Below are positions 13,495 through 27,270 of a stretch of DNA of 64,000 nucleotides, piece after piece; position 1 is the first letter of the stretch, and every line of letters starts with the position of its first letter. The stretch lies in the NCBI RefSeq assembly GCF_036321535.1, contig NC_087437.1, positions 66,032,001-66,096,000 on the forward strand, written 5' to 3'. The position numbers were made by a program, and so were the translations under genes. A model generated the notes under the pieces. The model had not been told where the DNA came from, ran no database searches, and saw only the letters and a list, made by a program, of their open reading frames with translations. This DNA comes from Camelus dromedarius. Its lineage: Eukaryota.

Positions 13495-13950
13495 TTTTGT
13501 GTGAGTTTCCTCGGAAGCAGACTCTAAGGCAAGGACTCAAGTACAAATAGTTTATTTGGGAAGCAGTCCCAGGAAACACCAGAAGGGGAGTTGGGAAGTG
13601 AGCCCAGCAAGGGAAGGAAGCAATAAAGAGTGTGTATCCAGGCACTTACCACTGGGGCAAGTGCAGCTTAGTCCTGTTGCAGATCTCTGGGAACAGTAAT
13701 CCTCCCAAGGGGGCAGGAGCTGGGCTGTGCCTACGCAATCTTCCATCAGCCATTGGCTGGGAGCTACCACCAGCAAACATGAATTCCCTGGCATTTCTGG
13801 CCTGCCAGCATGTGTGGGCAGAGCAGGCTCTGCCAGCCAGAGAAAGCCTCAGGCAAAGAGACGCAGGTGCCGGCAGTAAGAAGCCATGCCCGTGTACTGA
13901 AACGTTAAAGACAAGGGGCTGTGGACGGGCACCGACAGTGTCTGCTAGAT
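13495..13950 (-). mobile_element. ERVL solo LTR (LTR16/LTR33-like)
   Basis: ggaagcagactctaaggcaagg...agtttatttggga at one end and gggcaccgacagtgtctgcta at the other. Confidence 0.7.
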
Positions 13951-13982
13951 GTCGGGCACTGCTGTTGTTTTTTTATTCCCTA

Positions 13983-14797
13983 TTTAATTTTTTTATTGAA
14001 ATATAATTCACGTACTATAAAACTCACGCTTTTAAAGTAAACAATCCAATAGGTTTTAATATATTCACAAGATTGTCAACCATCCACACTGTCTAATTCC
14101 AGAGCATTTTCATCATCCCGGAAAGACAACCAATACCCACTGGAAGTCACTTACATTCTCTCCTCCCCAAGTCCCTGGCAACCACTAGTCTACTTTCTAA
14201 TTCTATAGATTTGCCTATTCTGGACACATACAAATGGAATCATACAATATATGGCATTTTCTGTCTGACTTCTTTCATTTATCATAATGTTTTCAAGGTT
14301 TATCCTTGCAGCGTGAATCAGTGCTTCATTCCTTTGTGTGGCTAAATAACACTTCCTGGTGTGGATACACCACATTTTGTATATCCATTCATCAATTGAT
14401 TTGTATTTAGGTTGTTTCCACCTTTTGGCTGTGATGAATAACACTGCTGTGAACATTCTTCTATGCATTTCTGGGTGGACATGTTTTCAGTTCTCTTAGG
14501 TATATACCCTGGAGTGAAACTGCTGGATCATATGGTAACTCTGTTTAATCTTTTGAGGAGCTGCCAGATTGTTTTCCAAAGTGGCTGTACCATTTTACAT
14601 CCTCACCAGCAGTATTCTAGTTTCTCCACAAACTCACCAACATTTGTCATTGTCATGATTTTCTTTTTTTAGCCATCCTAATGGGAGTGAAGCGGCATCT
14701 CATTGTAGTATTGATTTGCATTTCCCTAATGACTAATGGTGTTGAGCATCTTGTCATGTGCTTTTTGGCTGTAAGTAAGAATGTCTTCTTTGGAGAA
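13983..14797 (-). mobile_element. Old LINE-1 3' end (L1MB-like)
   Basis: Degenerate ORF2 C-terminus on the - strand (MFTAVLFITAKRWKQPK); typical ttttccaaagtggctgtaccattttacat block. Confidence 0.88.
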
Positions 14798-15272
14798 GTG
14801 TGCCACAGTTATGAGGTAGTACTTTACTACCCTCATTTTGTAGTTGAGGCCCAGAAGACTTCATAATATGGCCAAAATCCCCCAGAAAGTAGCTTGGCCA
14901 TGATTCAAGCTCAGAGCCTATTGCTCTCAATGCTTCTCTGGACTTGGACTTAGAACATTTTGTAGCACTTCCATTTAGTAGCTTTTTCTTCATTTTTAAA
15001 ATGAATATAATGTCTGACCTGATCGTTTCAAAGGAATCTAAATAGAGTTAGCTCTTAATTTAACAGCAGTCCCCTGTACAACTAAGTTGTGGGTAAGACT
15101 TGAGCCTTGCCCTCAAGTCATTCATCATCCGCCGAGGAGACAGGTAAACAGAACTAAAACTCAGCATAAGCATGTATCTGTCAACGCTATATAAAGTCCT
15201 GAGGACTAGATAAATGCCAGCACTTCTTAAAAATATTTCCTAATGCTTATTATTTTCTCTTTCTTCTCAAAG

Positions 15273-15317
15273 GAAACAGCTGAAAAGACCAAGAGAGTGA
15301 GCACCAAAGAAATCTAA
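15273..15317 (+). CDS. FSTL1: FSTL1 last exon, coding part
   Basis: caaag|GAA ACA GCT..., ETAEKTKRVSTKEI then TAA (15315-15317), followed directly by TGA. Confidence 0.96.
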   Translation, partial: ETAEKTKRVSTKEI

Positions 15318-15467
15318 TGAGGAGGCATCTGGGAATGGTGTGCAGAGCCTGGCACCTTCTCTTCCACTTCAGCGCTGAGTCCAGTATACGCAAGTGTCTG
15401 CTACAATCGCCAAATCACCAGTATTTGCTTGTATAGCAACAAGTTTTATTTTGTCTATTTGTTTTGC

Positions 15468-15473
15468 AATAAA
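15468..15473 (+). terminator. Possible proximal polyadenylation signal of FSTL1
   Basis: AATAAA ~150 nt after the stop codon, preceded by U-rich sequence; usage cannot be shown from sequence. Confidence 0.35.
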
Positions 15474-16557
15474 GGAAATGGGGTGGCTGGCTAGGAGGGG
15501 AAGGGCCAGAGCCTTCATTTCTAGGAGAGCTTTGAGAGAAACTGTAAAGGGTGCTCAGGGGCTGGAGACAAGTAAGGAAACTGCATCAGGGTTGGGAGAG
15601 AAGTGGACCCAGATCTGAACCACTTCTGAGTCTACCACAGCTATGAACATGCTGCAGGGAGTGCAGGCAGTGAGAGAGACCTCAGCAGGCTATCCTCACA
15701 GGAGGGTTTTGGGAAGCTCAGTGGAAAAGACTGCATTCTGCTTCCAGCCCTTCCTGCTGCCATCAGTGTATCAGACCTCCAGCATCTGTGCTTCTCCTCA
15801 TGGCTCCCACCACTGGCTCTAGATACACGGCCATCCTGCTAGTTACCCAGTGTCCCTCAGACTTGATGAACTTTATGGAAGGATACACCCAAATGATGCA
15901 GATACTTGCAGACTTTGAGCCCCTTAGAGACCTAACCAAATTTTTAAAATACTTTTTACCAAAGGTGCTATTTTTCTGTAAACTTTTTTTGGCAAGTTGA
16001 TTTCATTCTTCAATTATTATCATTATATTATTGTTGTTGTTTTTTAATATTTTATTTTCTTGACTAGAAATTAAGCTTTTGTAATTATTTTTCATTTGTC
16101 CTACCATTTCAGAGGTGGAAGAGTTTGGGGTTCTTCCTGGTGCAGGGACTGACTGCTAAAACCCAGACTCCTTCTACCCTGTCACATACTAGATGCAGCC
16201 CAGAGTTTGCGCCCTGGCTTCTAGTGGGTCAGCAGTCTGCCAGAGGAGCAGGGAGTGCCTCAGACAGAAGCCAGGAGAAGAAGTGTCTCCATACAAAGCT
16301 TTTAAGATCCAAAAAGCTAATTTGCTTTCATTTATTCTGATAGATTCATGCAAATCAGTATTCCAAAGGATGGAAGCAAGTGCAGCTAAGCAAGACTTAG
16401 ATATCCCAGCCTATCAGTATGCTCAGCGATTTTCCACTAACCAGGAGAGTTGACTTTGGCCCTGTCTCTTCCTATTTCTGGGCCTCAGCTTCCTCAGTGA
16501 GCAGGTAGGAATGCATTAAACTTTTGATTTGATAAATTATAAATTCTGTGTTTCTGA

Positions 16558-16617
16558 GAAGTGGTCCAGAAGGATACAGGTTCTTGTGATTTTCCTTCTT
16601 CTCCTTAGGATAAATGA
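16558..16617 (+). ncRNA. Sequence orthologous to primate pre-miR-198; probably not a functional miRNA here
   Basis: ggtccagaaggatacaggttcttgtgattttccttcttctccttaggataaatga closely matches human pre-mir-198 as recalled, which lies in the FSTL1 3'UTR. Confidence 0.6.
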
Positions 16618-17972
16618 AACCTTGTTGTTATAACAAGAAGAGTCAGGCAGGCAAAAACAAGATGTCCAAATCTGACCTCAGTCTGAATGGCCCCACAGGT
16701 TGTGCTGTGATGTAGAGCCCTCGGGTAAGGCTTGCCTGGGAAAAGAGTGGGAAAAAGGACCATTCCACTTTGTCTTCACTTTTGCTTTTCATCTTGAACC
16801 TTCTTGGAAACAGCATGGTTTTCCCTTTAGAGATGAGGACAAAAGAAGGTTTCACATTTCAAGAAGGGGAAAAATGGAAATTTTATCTTAAAATTGTGAT
16901 TGGGGTGAAGTCAGTTGTTCCTCTGTATTTTGGCCTCTGATACTTAACTCCACTTAATACCATGTTTAAGATGCATTTGGAATAACAAAATTAGAAACTT
17001 GACATAAGATCTCATTTTCAGAAAGCAGATTACAAATGACCAGAGGGAAATTATGTAAGCTATACTGCACAGACAGCTCAGAAAGTTATGCTGAAAATGG
17101 AATTCCTTCTAAACAAGTTTCCTTGTTCTCCTTTGAAAGGAGAACATTCCACTGTGTTTCGAATTCTGAGCTTTTATACATCATCCCACTTAAAAGTTCT
17201 CTTTGAATCCCACTTGTGTGGTCTGAAATGCACCTCCCTGTCAAAGTGCCTTGGAGAACTCCCAACAGCACGCTTTGATCAAGCTTTGCCAGGCCTTGGG
17301 CACTATGAAAGAGAGGTCCGGAGTAGCAGTCTGTTTAGAACAAGAAGGCAGAGTGTCTCCTCACCAGTTAAATTTAGGTCAGTAGTTGCCATCCACGACA
17401 ACCCTACCCTGCAACATGGAATTCCCAAGAGCAAATCTGCATTCCTCCTGTAAATAGGGAAGCTACTGTCTGCACCACAGAATCACATTATCTGGCGATC
17501 ATTCATGGGAAGCTGCTAAATAGCCTTAGTTTGGGAGTCTTGCATGGAGCTTTGCATGGAGCAAATAAACAGGATTAAATCGGGTTCAGTTCCTCCAGCT
17601 CTCTGAAAGCACAGGGATTAGACTGCAAGCTTCCTCGGGCTTTCTCTGTGTGTATATGGCTTTATAAACATATTACAGCATCTGTTAAGATTCAGTGTCC
17701 ATGGAAACCTACTCACATGCCATGACTCTGAACTCCATCACTGTTGGAAAGCAGGGCTCCTCTACCTACTCATAAGCCCATGTGGACCAGTTTGAATGTC
17801 TTTCCTTTATACTTAATGTTTTTAAATAGTCAAATTTCAAGAAGCAATTTGGACAGGTTTCTGTTGCCTGTGTGTTTGTGAAATGTATTTGTATTTAGTA
17901 GGCTTCCATATTGCATTTAACTTGTTTTTGTAACTCCTGATTCTTTTTTTTTTTTTTTGGATACTATTGATA

Positions 17973-17987
17973 AATAAAGAAATTAAA
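17973..17987 (+). terminator. FSTL1 distal polyadenylation signals
   Basis: AATAAA at 17973-17978 and ATTAAA at 17982-17987, with UGUA/U-rich sequence upstream and a T-rich tract downstream. Confidence 0.75.
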
Positions 17988-19754
17988 ATAATAGTCATTT
18001 TTTTCCTTCCCCCCAGTTAAGGCCAAATAAGTTTCTGAAAACATTAACCATTTACCTCATAAAAGTGGATTTGAGTTTCAGGAGTCTTAAACGAGACCTG
18101 AAGAGTTTCTCCTAATAAAATCTTGGGGCTGCAGCTGGGCGGGAAGTTTTACTCAAGGACTGATAGAACAAGTTTATTTAAAAGAATCATTGATGTGGGT
18201 CTGGAGTAGGAAATGATGAAAAGTCAGGGAGCATTCCTGTACTGGGAAGAGGTTAAATTAAATGACTCCCAAAGCCTCCATGAATTCTGTGAGACTGGAA
18301 TGGCTTTGAGTGAGACAGGCTGCAGGTTAACCTGTATGAGAAGCCAAACAAACCTGGGAAGGTGGCACAGGGAGCATGCCAAGGTCTGGTTGGATAACCT
18401 TAGTGGCTTTTATCTGAAAACACATGTATCTCACAGTGATAAACATTTCCAAATGGACTGAGTGTTGGCTGGTTAAGACCTGTTCAGCTTCATCTTGGAG
18501 ACACAAGACCAGTATCTGGTTTCTATCTCCCTGTCCAAGTGATTTTTATAGGTATCACACACTCCCCACCCCCAATAGTTCTGTTTTCCAAAAGAGCTCA
18601 TTACAGTTGATGAGGTTTAAGCTTTCTTGACTTTAGTCATAATGTGTAGAAGTCTTGCCTCTCTAAAATTATAGCCAGGTCACCTTGATTGAATTTGGGG
18701 TATTACTCAAATGCTAATCAGATATTAAGATGCCATCTCTGATTGTGTTATTGCTACATATTACTGATATCATTAATCACAGGTCGATTCTTTAAACTTT
18801 CGTGCTCAGAAGGGAATCTTAAATCCAATTTGAAGGGCACCTTGTCTACAACCATTTTTAAGTACTGACTGGCTTCTCCCAACTTTCTTCCATGCTCTGG
18901 AAGCGTTTTTCCTGCTATTACAGTGTGTTTGTGTTCAAGAAGGGAAAATGAATTAAAATAGCCTAAAAGAAGCATAATTCAGAAGGTAAGTTTCCTATCA
19001 TCAAAGTGTAACATTATGAGTTGTGTCAATTAGTACAAATTAATTTGACTAGCTTTAGTTTTGGAGCACCTGTGTCAAGTTCCCATCAGTCTTCTTGAAT
19101 TATTTCTGAAATAAGGGGAAGGAAGTAGTAAAAAAATTTTGAATGAGTAGATAGATCTAAGCAAAAGCCCTCAGAGCCCTTTAGTACATCTAGCATGAAT
19201 GGGGAACATGAAAAGAGTTGGTGCTAAGGGCTAATTCATGATGCAACAAGAAACATCCTATTGCCATCTGAATGAGAGATCTCCCTGTCAACAGAAATTG
19301 AGTTTTTAAATTAACACTTATTTCTTATTGAAAACTAATATATGCACATGGTAAAAGAAAAAAATTTGAATTGTATGAAAGAAAATACAGTGAAAAAATT
19401 AATCCCCTTAGAGAATGTGTTCATTTATAAATGTACTTTTGATTGCCAATTATCCTTCAAAGAAGTTGCATGCATTTACATTTGCACCAAAAATACATAC
19501 ACTGAGCATGTCTACTTTGCTACATTTTTGCAAGCACTGTGTCAAAACTTGGGCTTCTGAAGGAAGAGAAATGGTAATTCATTGCTTCGTTTTTAATTTA
19601 TTTATTTTATTATTCCTTTTGTGAGATTGAACATGTTTCTATGAATTACTGGTCCTTGTCCTTTTCTTTCATTCCTTTTGCTCACTCTTCTATTGATTGT
19701 TGGCCTTTTTCCTATTGGCTTTTAACACTTCTTCACATACTGTTATTAGTTGTT

Positions 19755-20260
19755 TGTCATGAGGATGGCAAGACCTGGTAGTAGTAGATCCATTAGAAGG
19801 CTATTTCAGGAATGAGGTGAGAAATAATGGTGATTTGAATTAAGGTAATGGCAGTGGGGATAAATAGAAGGTTAAGGAGATAGCATTGATAAGGAGTTGG
19901 CTATTGACCAGCTATGGAGGTTAAGGAGGAGGTGATGGTCAAGAATGACTTCAAGGTTCCAGCTTGGACAATTGGTAGATAGTGGTGCCATTTCCTGAGG
20001 TTGGTAAGAGAACAGGAAAAGCCATTTGGCTGGGGGAGGGAGGAGGGAATGGGAAATAATAAATTCAGTTTCACATACATTGAATCTGAGTTTCCTTAAG
20101 ACAACCAAATGAAGATACCTTGTGAGCAGCTGGATAGGAAATTTCTTGAAGAGACCTAGGCTGGAGATACAGCTATTGGAATAGACAGTATAGAGATAGT
20201 GTTCCTTTGTGTAGACAAGATGGCCATGGAGAATATATCAAGTGAGGAAAAAAATACATA
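19755..20260 (-). mobile_element. LINE-2 fragment
   Basis: Purine-rich L2 antisense motifs such as aagaatgacttcaaggtt, aaattcagtttc and ggctggagatac. Confidence 0.65.
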
Positions 20261-21188
20261 GAGTTGAGAGGGTCCATCATAAAGACAGAGAACCCTTTTG
20301 AGAAACTCTGGGTATGTGTATTTCTCCTACTTCCTCATGGCATCACTAACAAAAAGTATACACAGTTGGAAAAATAGTACAATGGGTTGAATTCATATAT
20401 GAGAGCATAGCATGTAGAGAATTCAGATGGGAAGTGTTATTATGTCTATAGAGAGGTCAAAACTGAGAAGGAACCACCATGCATGTATGGAATAGAGTAA
20501 CACAACTTGCTGGAAAATGGGTGAAATGAATTTAGGTGAAAGGAGCAGGAAACGTACCCTGATGAGGACCACTGGAATGCACAGGTCTTATCTGACCTAT
20601 GGTGGTCAAATAAGAAACTTAGAGAAACTTGATAATGTTAGGGCCTGTAAAAAGAATGCATTGCCAGGAAAATAAAAGACAAGACTGTTCATGGATAAGA
20701 ATAAAATATTTAACCAGGAAACTTGTATAAAATTGTCAAGAAGACGAACATTTTTAAAAGGACATTTTTCCCTGTAAAAAAGAAGGGATTTTGCCCTTCT
20801 GGTGCCTAGCCTCATTTTTAATTATACAAGTTAAAAGAACTTGTCATTTTCCAAAGGGCAGTGACAACTCAAAACAAAATGCTTGCTCCAGAATTTTTCT
20901 GAGAGACTCCGTAGTTAAATCTGGTAGTCAGTAATATTTATAACTTCACATATTCTTCGTCTTTCATAAATGCCAATCATCCAAGAATTTTCACCTTTCA
21001 ACTTCTTTCTAATTGGCTTGTATCATAACATCGTTCTTACTGCGATTGATACCTTAGAGAAACAATATAATGTAATGTTTAACAACCAGGTTTATGTCCT
21101 GGCTCTGCCCCTGCCCTTTATACTTCTGGAAGTTATTTAACCTATGTCTCAGTTTCCTCTTTAAAGTGGCATAATAACAGTACCTACC

Positions 21189-21265
21189 TCTTTTTCTTTT
21201 TCTTTTTCTTTTTCTTTTTCTTTTTCTTTTTCTTTTTCTTTTTCTTTTTCTTTTTTTTTTTTTTT
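21189..21265. repeat. (TTTTTC)n / poly-T tract inside a MIR fragment
   Basis: About ten TTTTTC units followed by a T run; MIR-like flanks. Confidence 0.9.
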
Positions 21266-24199
21266 GAGGATTCAATGAGCTAATGTATATAATTTTTTTG
21301 AATAGTCCCTGGCACATAGAAAGTGTGTAAGTGTCAAATATTACCAATTATTTTCACCTATTGTACATTCTAATAACTCTCACAGTGACCTTGTGAAAAA
21401 GTTATTTTACAGATAAGGAACATACAGCTCATAAAATTTAAGGAATTTACTTAAGACCACACAATTAGCAAAGAACAGAGTCAGGATTCAAACCTGGTCT
21501 GGGTCCTTCTCATACTCATTCTACATTGCCACAATGTTTCATTTTATTTTAAAAATTATATGAATATGAACCATTAATTTCTAATTAGTGTTCTCTAATT
21601 ATGTAATTGCTGATCACATACAAGTAATTCATTAATTTTTTCATTCAGTTCTAATGACTGTCTGCCTGTCCTCTCATTTTGGTTTCTTTTAAGTAGATAT
21701 GTGAGTGCAGTTCAGGCCAGGCCTCTGAAGTTCCCTGAAGCATGATCCCCAATCCAACTTGGTCTCCCCAGAGATGGATCCCCAGCCAGGAGTCATGCCA
21801 GCCAGTGTGGGACCCCAGCATCTCCAGCACACACCTCAAAGGTTTGGCCTGTTGAAAACTTAGGAATGCAGGTGTAAAATCTACGATTGCACAAATCTCC
21901 CTGATGTGCCTTCTTTGGGTGACATTCTATGTGGAGGTTTTAGAAGCAGACATAATCTTATCTCCAGTGGAATTATTTTATCATCTGAATCCAACAATTC
22001 AAAAAACATGGGTTTTAAGCCAATGAAAACCTCTGGTTCCTGGATGATTTTCTCTATTTTCTTTGCTCTGTCATGCCTTTTCCTCCTTTCATAGCCTAAG
22101 CTTAATTCCTACAAGAACCAGGAAAGGTATTACTCCTACCCCCTTTCAAAAGGAACAAAGAAGGAGAATCTGTACAAAAAGCACAGAGAAAGGATAGATT
22201 TGGAAGGTGAAGTTTAAGAATAATAAAGACTCTGAAATCAATTGGGCAAGTCAGAAAAGTTCAAGAGTTAGTCTCACCTTCTCTGACTTTGCAGGATTTC
22301 CATAGCCTTTGTCAAGTTATGCCAGAGAAGCCTTTTACAAATGTACTCATTCCCATTCATAATCAGTTTTAGGAAGATACCTCTTTCTCAACTTGCTGTC
22401 AGCAAAGTGCCCATGTAACTTCAATACCAAAACCCAAAATATCTAGCTTAGAGAAAACCTGCTCTGCCCTCAAGTTTCCAAAAATCGTTTGTCACTGCAG
22501 CACCATGTCGATGAAATAGACAGAGTAGACAGTTCATCAGACTTTAAATCATCTTTCATTTTACAGTTAGATTTTTAAATTTTATTTAAACTTGACATGT
22601 GAGAAGCATAAGGTCAAATAAAATTAAATCTTATCAGTAAGAGAATTAAGGATAAAGAAGCAAGGCTTTATCAATATATAGACATAAGAGAGACAAAATG
22701 GGGAGCTTCTGTAGCTTTAGTCAACATTCAACACACTAGAGCTGTTCCCTCCTTTTTTTTTTTCCGTTTATGACAGATAGGTGCCTCAGACAAAGATAAT
22801 AAAATGCACAACAGAAAACTATGAGCTCCACTGGCTACAGGCAAGACAGTTTGGTTCTCTGGCAGATGTTACCCAGGTGTCCTAACAGGAGTCTTATGTA
22901 CGGGGATGTGTTCTCCCTGTAAAAAAGAAAAAAACCAAGGCAGGCTAGAGTGCTGTGCTACAGACAAACCCTGCATTCAGCTACAGTGCATCCCTGAGAG
23001 TCACACAGGAGAGAGTGGTCAGGAAAAGTGAGTTCTCTCTGTTCCTCCTAAGAGCAGCGGCCCTCAAATCACTCGCTCGCCGCTAGCAGCTCTCCCTCGT
23101 GTACAAGGCAGAGTTCTGGTTTACTCAGTCAGTAACTCAGCTGTATTGTTTGGGGAACAATATTGTTTGGAGAAGCAAAAAGAGAAAAGGGAAGTGAATG
23201 GGCTCTTTCCTACCAACTTTCAGAGAGAGTGGAGAAGCAGAAGCAAAAGAGGCCCAGGGCCTTGGAGTAGCACTGGTGCATCTGTTAGGTTTGTGGAGCT
23301 GAAGCACATGTAAGAGGAGCTGATGCCATCAGTCGGCAGATCCCACCACATTCCAGTGTACTCTGCAGGGAACTCATCCCAGGCCAAGGGGCAACTGCAG
23401 AGTCTGCTTATTAGCTTGTGAGCCCACGGGTGAGAAGGGGAGAGGATGCTCCTGATGTATCCTGAGAAAAGCAACAAAGATCATGCATTTCCATTTCAAG
23501 ATTCCAAGTTATTTTCATCTCTGGGGCCATGATGATAAGATTCAGGAGTTAAGAGCTCACAACACCTATTCCAAGAGCCTACCGTGTATCAGGAGCCAGA
23601 AAGAAGGTAGAGGAACATGTTCCTGCTCGTGAGGGATTCACAGTCCTATGACAAGATATGTGATAATGAATTTCAGCAATGCAACAAGTTTGAAAATACC
23701 ATGTGTTTGAGGTGCTATAAAGAGTGTTTTTCCAGGGCAGTCACATTGCCCTTTTCCAGGGGTGCCAGTCTCATTAGAGTCTATGTCAGCGGAGCACTCT
23801 TGAGTTGTATTGCACACAACTTGAGCAGTCTTGCTTCTCTTTCTCCAGCTTCCACACCATCACCCACAAAAGTCAAAAGGGAGTCCCAGAGTTCCACGTG
23901 CTCCACATAAATCCATGCCACCCTGGCCTCCACCTCCATCACGGAAAGTGAAGAGGGGACCTCAAAAACTCTGTGTGCTCCTGACAGCACCCTCACCCTC
24001 TTTCCCCTCAACATTCACAGCTTTGCCGGCAGGGTGTGCCTCGAGACCACCATATCCAATCTTATCATGTCTGTTTCCCACTTCGTGTTTAACACCACCA
24101 GAAGCCCAAGACCCTCAGTGTATTCTTCACCCCATGGACTCTGAGTGCCATATGGCTCTGTACCCTCCTTTATTGACCCCATTTCCAACCCATTCCCAG

Positions 24200-27100
24200 C
24201 TTCTGAAACCCTTCTACTGTGCTCTCTGGAACTTGCTATCAATCATCAGCAAACCCCATCTGTTCTCAACTTCTGTTCATTTCCCTCAGTTTCTGGCTGT
24301 AACTGAAGTTTGGCTCTCCAGTGAGGACACTTCTTGTCCTATATACATCCTTTTCAAGTGGTACTGGTTTTCTTTCCAGCATTCTCCATACACTTGAGTA
24401 AGTGAATTCCTTTATTCTCAGTATTCTCCCACATCATTTCCCCTTCACCCACTCTGTATATCTCTAGCTTAAAATCTCATCCCATTAGACTTTTTCATTC
24501 ACCACCCTTCCATGTTACAGTCTTCTGCTGCTCCCCACCGCCACTCCTTGATTTTAGCCACTGGCTCTGTCAGTCTGCCAGCATAACTCTGGTGTCACTA
24601 TCTCATGTATGATGCATCCATTGACCACCTGTGGACCTGAACCTCATTTCCTCCAAGGCTCTTTTCTTCTATCTTATCGCAGCCACCCTCCCCATGGTTA
24701 GAACTTAGATTTTGTCATTAGCAAAAACCACAATGACTCCAGTACCTCAATTTCAAGCACCGAAACTCTCCAACCACTATCTCTAGCCTTCCAGATCACT
24801 CACCATCTCCAGTGCCCAAATCTAAAAATTCTTTGGCTGCCATCAGGAGCTAAAACCCAATGATCCTACCCCGTTTCACTGTCCTTCTCCATGCTTCACA
24901 TCCTTCATCCTCTAATATAGCTTAGATCCCATAATTAATTATTATCCTCACTTTCTAGTACACATCTGTCTTCCTTCATCACAGTTGTGTGGCAAAATCC
25001 CAACACATGGTTAACCTGACTCTTCTCCCATTCTGTGCCCACGCACAAGCAACTGGATGTGGCTGGAGAAAAACAAACACGTTGAGTGTTCTCACTTTAA
25101 ATTTATAGCCACAAACCTCAAAAGTCCCTTTAGTACTGCCCAGGAAGCCTCTTATGTCTCTTTAGTTATTCTCTTCTACTCTCCTAGGTGACTGTTTCAT
25201 TCTTTCTCCTCAACCTTCAACACCACTCACAGCCTCACACTCAGCTGATGATTTGCCTCCTGTTTTGCTGAGAAAATTAGAAACAAGCAGAAGAGAACAT
25301 CCACAAGCTCCCCTACTACACCCCTCACCTTTTCACATCTTGCCCATGTATTCTGTCTGCCCTTTTACATTATCTTACCTAAGGCAAGTTCTTCTACCCA
25401 TGCATTATACCATGTCCCCTCTGCCTACTGAGAGATGTTACTCAGTAATTCCTTCTCCTTTCCTGCGTCATCAACTTTACCCTCCCTCTTTGTTCATTAT
25501 CAGCATTCAAACACACTTTTTCTCTCATCTAAAAAAAGAAAAATGAGGCCCTCTAACTTTCTCAGTTAATATACACTTCTCTGCTGCTTCCCTTTGAGGC
25601 AAACTGTCTTCTGTGTTACCTCTCCAGTGATCTATTCTCAGTCCCCAAAAGTTGCCCATGCTCCTTCTCTCAGATGATATATTCTCAGTCCTCTTCTTAC
25701 TTGACCCATCAGCAGCTTTTGACACAGGTCAAAAATTCCTTCCTCCCTGAAACATTTTCTTCATTTGGCTTCCAGTCCATGGCACTTTCCAAGTTTCCCT
25801 TCTACCTTACTGTCCACTTTTTCTCATTTTCCTATGCTGGTTTCTCCTCATCTTCCTGACCTATAAATGTTGGAAGGTCCCAGGATTCAGTCCCTGGACC
25901 TCTACTCGTCTCTATGACTCCTTTGTTGAGTCCATCTAATCTCATGATTTGGTGAAATACCATCTATTTGTTGACAACTCCCAGGTTTATGTTTCAAGCC
26001 TGGACCCCTCTCCTAACCTCAAATTTCTTATCAACCACCTACTCAACATGACCCTTCAAATGTCTGAAATGGGCATCTCTAATGTAACACATCCCAAAAC
26101 AAACTCCAGACTTCCTGATCAGAAAAAAAATGGTGACACTACTCTTCCAGTTACTCAGGGCAAAAACCTTAGTCATCATTGACTCCCCTCTTTCCCTCAT
26201 GCCCATTATCTAATTAATCTGTCAGCAAATCCTCTCTGTGCTATCCAAATATATATACATAATTCATTCATTTCTCACCACTTCCACCACTACCCACTTG
26301 GACCAAGTCATCATCTTCTCTCACCTGGATTATGGATAACAATCTCCCTACTGGTCACCCTTCTCCCATGCCTGCCTCTCTTGGGTCTTTTCTCAAAATC
26401 AGCCAGAAAGATACTTTTAAAATATAAGTCAGATCATTTTACTCCTTTGTTCAAAATTTTCCAGTAGCTTTCTATCTCTTCCCATAGTATGGGCAAAAGC
26501 CAAAACCCTTACAATGGCCTATAAAGCACCTTACAATCCAGCCTTCTGTTATCTTTCTGATATTATCTCTTACGCCTTCCCATGCATTCTCTCCATTCCA
26601 ACTGCTGGCCTCCTGGCTGTCCCTCAAATCCTCCAGCCCTCACCTACCTCATGGCCTGGCTCCCTCATCTCCTACAAAGCTTTTATTAAAATTTAACCTG
26701 TCAATAAGGCTTTCTCCGGACAGCCTATTTAAAATTGCAACCTTCCTCCTCCACCCCCTAAACACTCCCCTCTTCCCAATCTGCCCTCCCTGCTTTATTT
26801 TTCTCTAACTTCGCCTCTGATATACTTCATATTTACTTTACATTGAAATATAATGTACATACAGAAAAGAGCATGTTAAGTGTCCAGCTCGATTAATTTT
26901 CACAAACTGAATACAACCACGTAACCAGCATCCAGATCAAGAAACAGAATGTTACTAACTGGTCCAGATTCTCCCATGCTCTCCTCTAGCTACCATCCCC
27001 CTTTTATACCCCAAGGGTAACCATTATCCTGACTTCTGACAGCACAGACTAATTTTGCTTGCTTTTGTATTTCATATAAATGGATTCATACAGTGACATA

Positions 27101-27270
27101 CCACATATTTTTATGACCTATTTATTTACTGCCTGTTTTACCCCACTACCAGCATGTAAGCTCCATGAGGGCAAGGGTTTGTTTCTTTCACTGCTGCATC
27201 CCAAAGCCTAAGAGGGTATCTGACACAGAATGTAGTCCACATATACGATAGATGAATGAAATATTGAACA
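24200..27270 (+). mobile_element. Long degenerate LINE-2, interrupted by an L1 3' fragment at ~26840-27095
   Basis: Endonuclease-like LAVTEVWL, pyrimidine-rich body, and L2 3' end catgtaagctccatgagggcaagg...gatgaatgaa. Confidence 0.75.

Larger units (their letters stand above)
15318..18000 (+). other. FSTL1: FSTL1 3'UTR (~2.7 kb; end approximate)
   Basis: Follows the stop codon; repeat-poor, with a U-rich block at ~16000-16100; ends just after AATAAA/ATTAAA signals. Confidence 0.8.

Noticed and set aside
21054..21347. ORF with a KRKRKR run resembling a nuclear localisation signal
   Set aside because: Translation of a (GAAAAA)n microsatellite inside a MIR
22277..22440. - strand donor (AAG|gtgag) with a preceding open frame, as a further exon of the Ig gene
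   Set aside because: The frame is interrupted by a stop, with no clear acceptor and no B30.2 or other recognisable motif
23831..24397. 188-aa ORF
   Set aside because: Pyrimidine-rich sequence running into a decayed L2; no convincing splice or domain support
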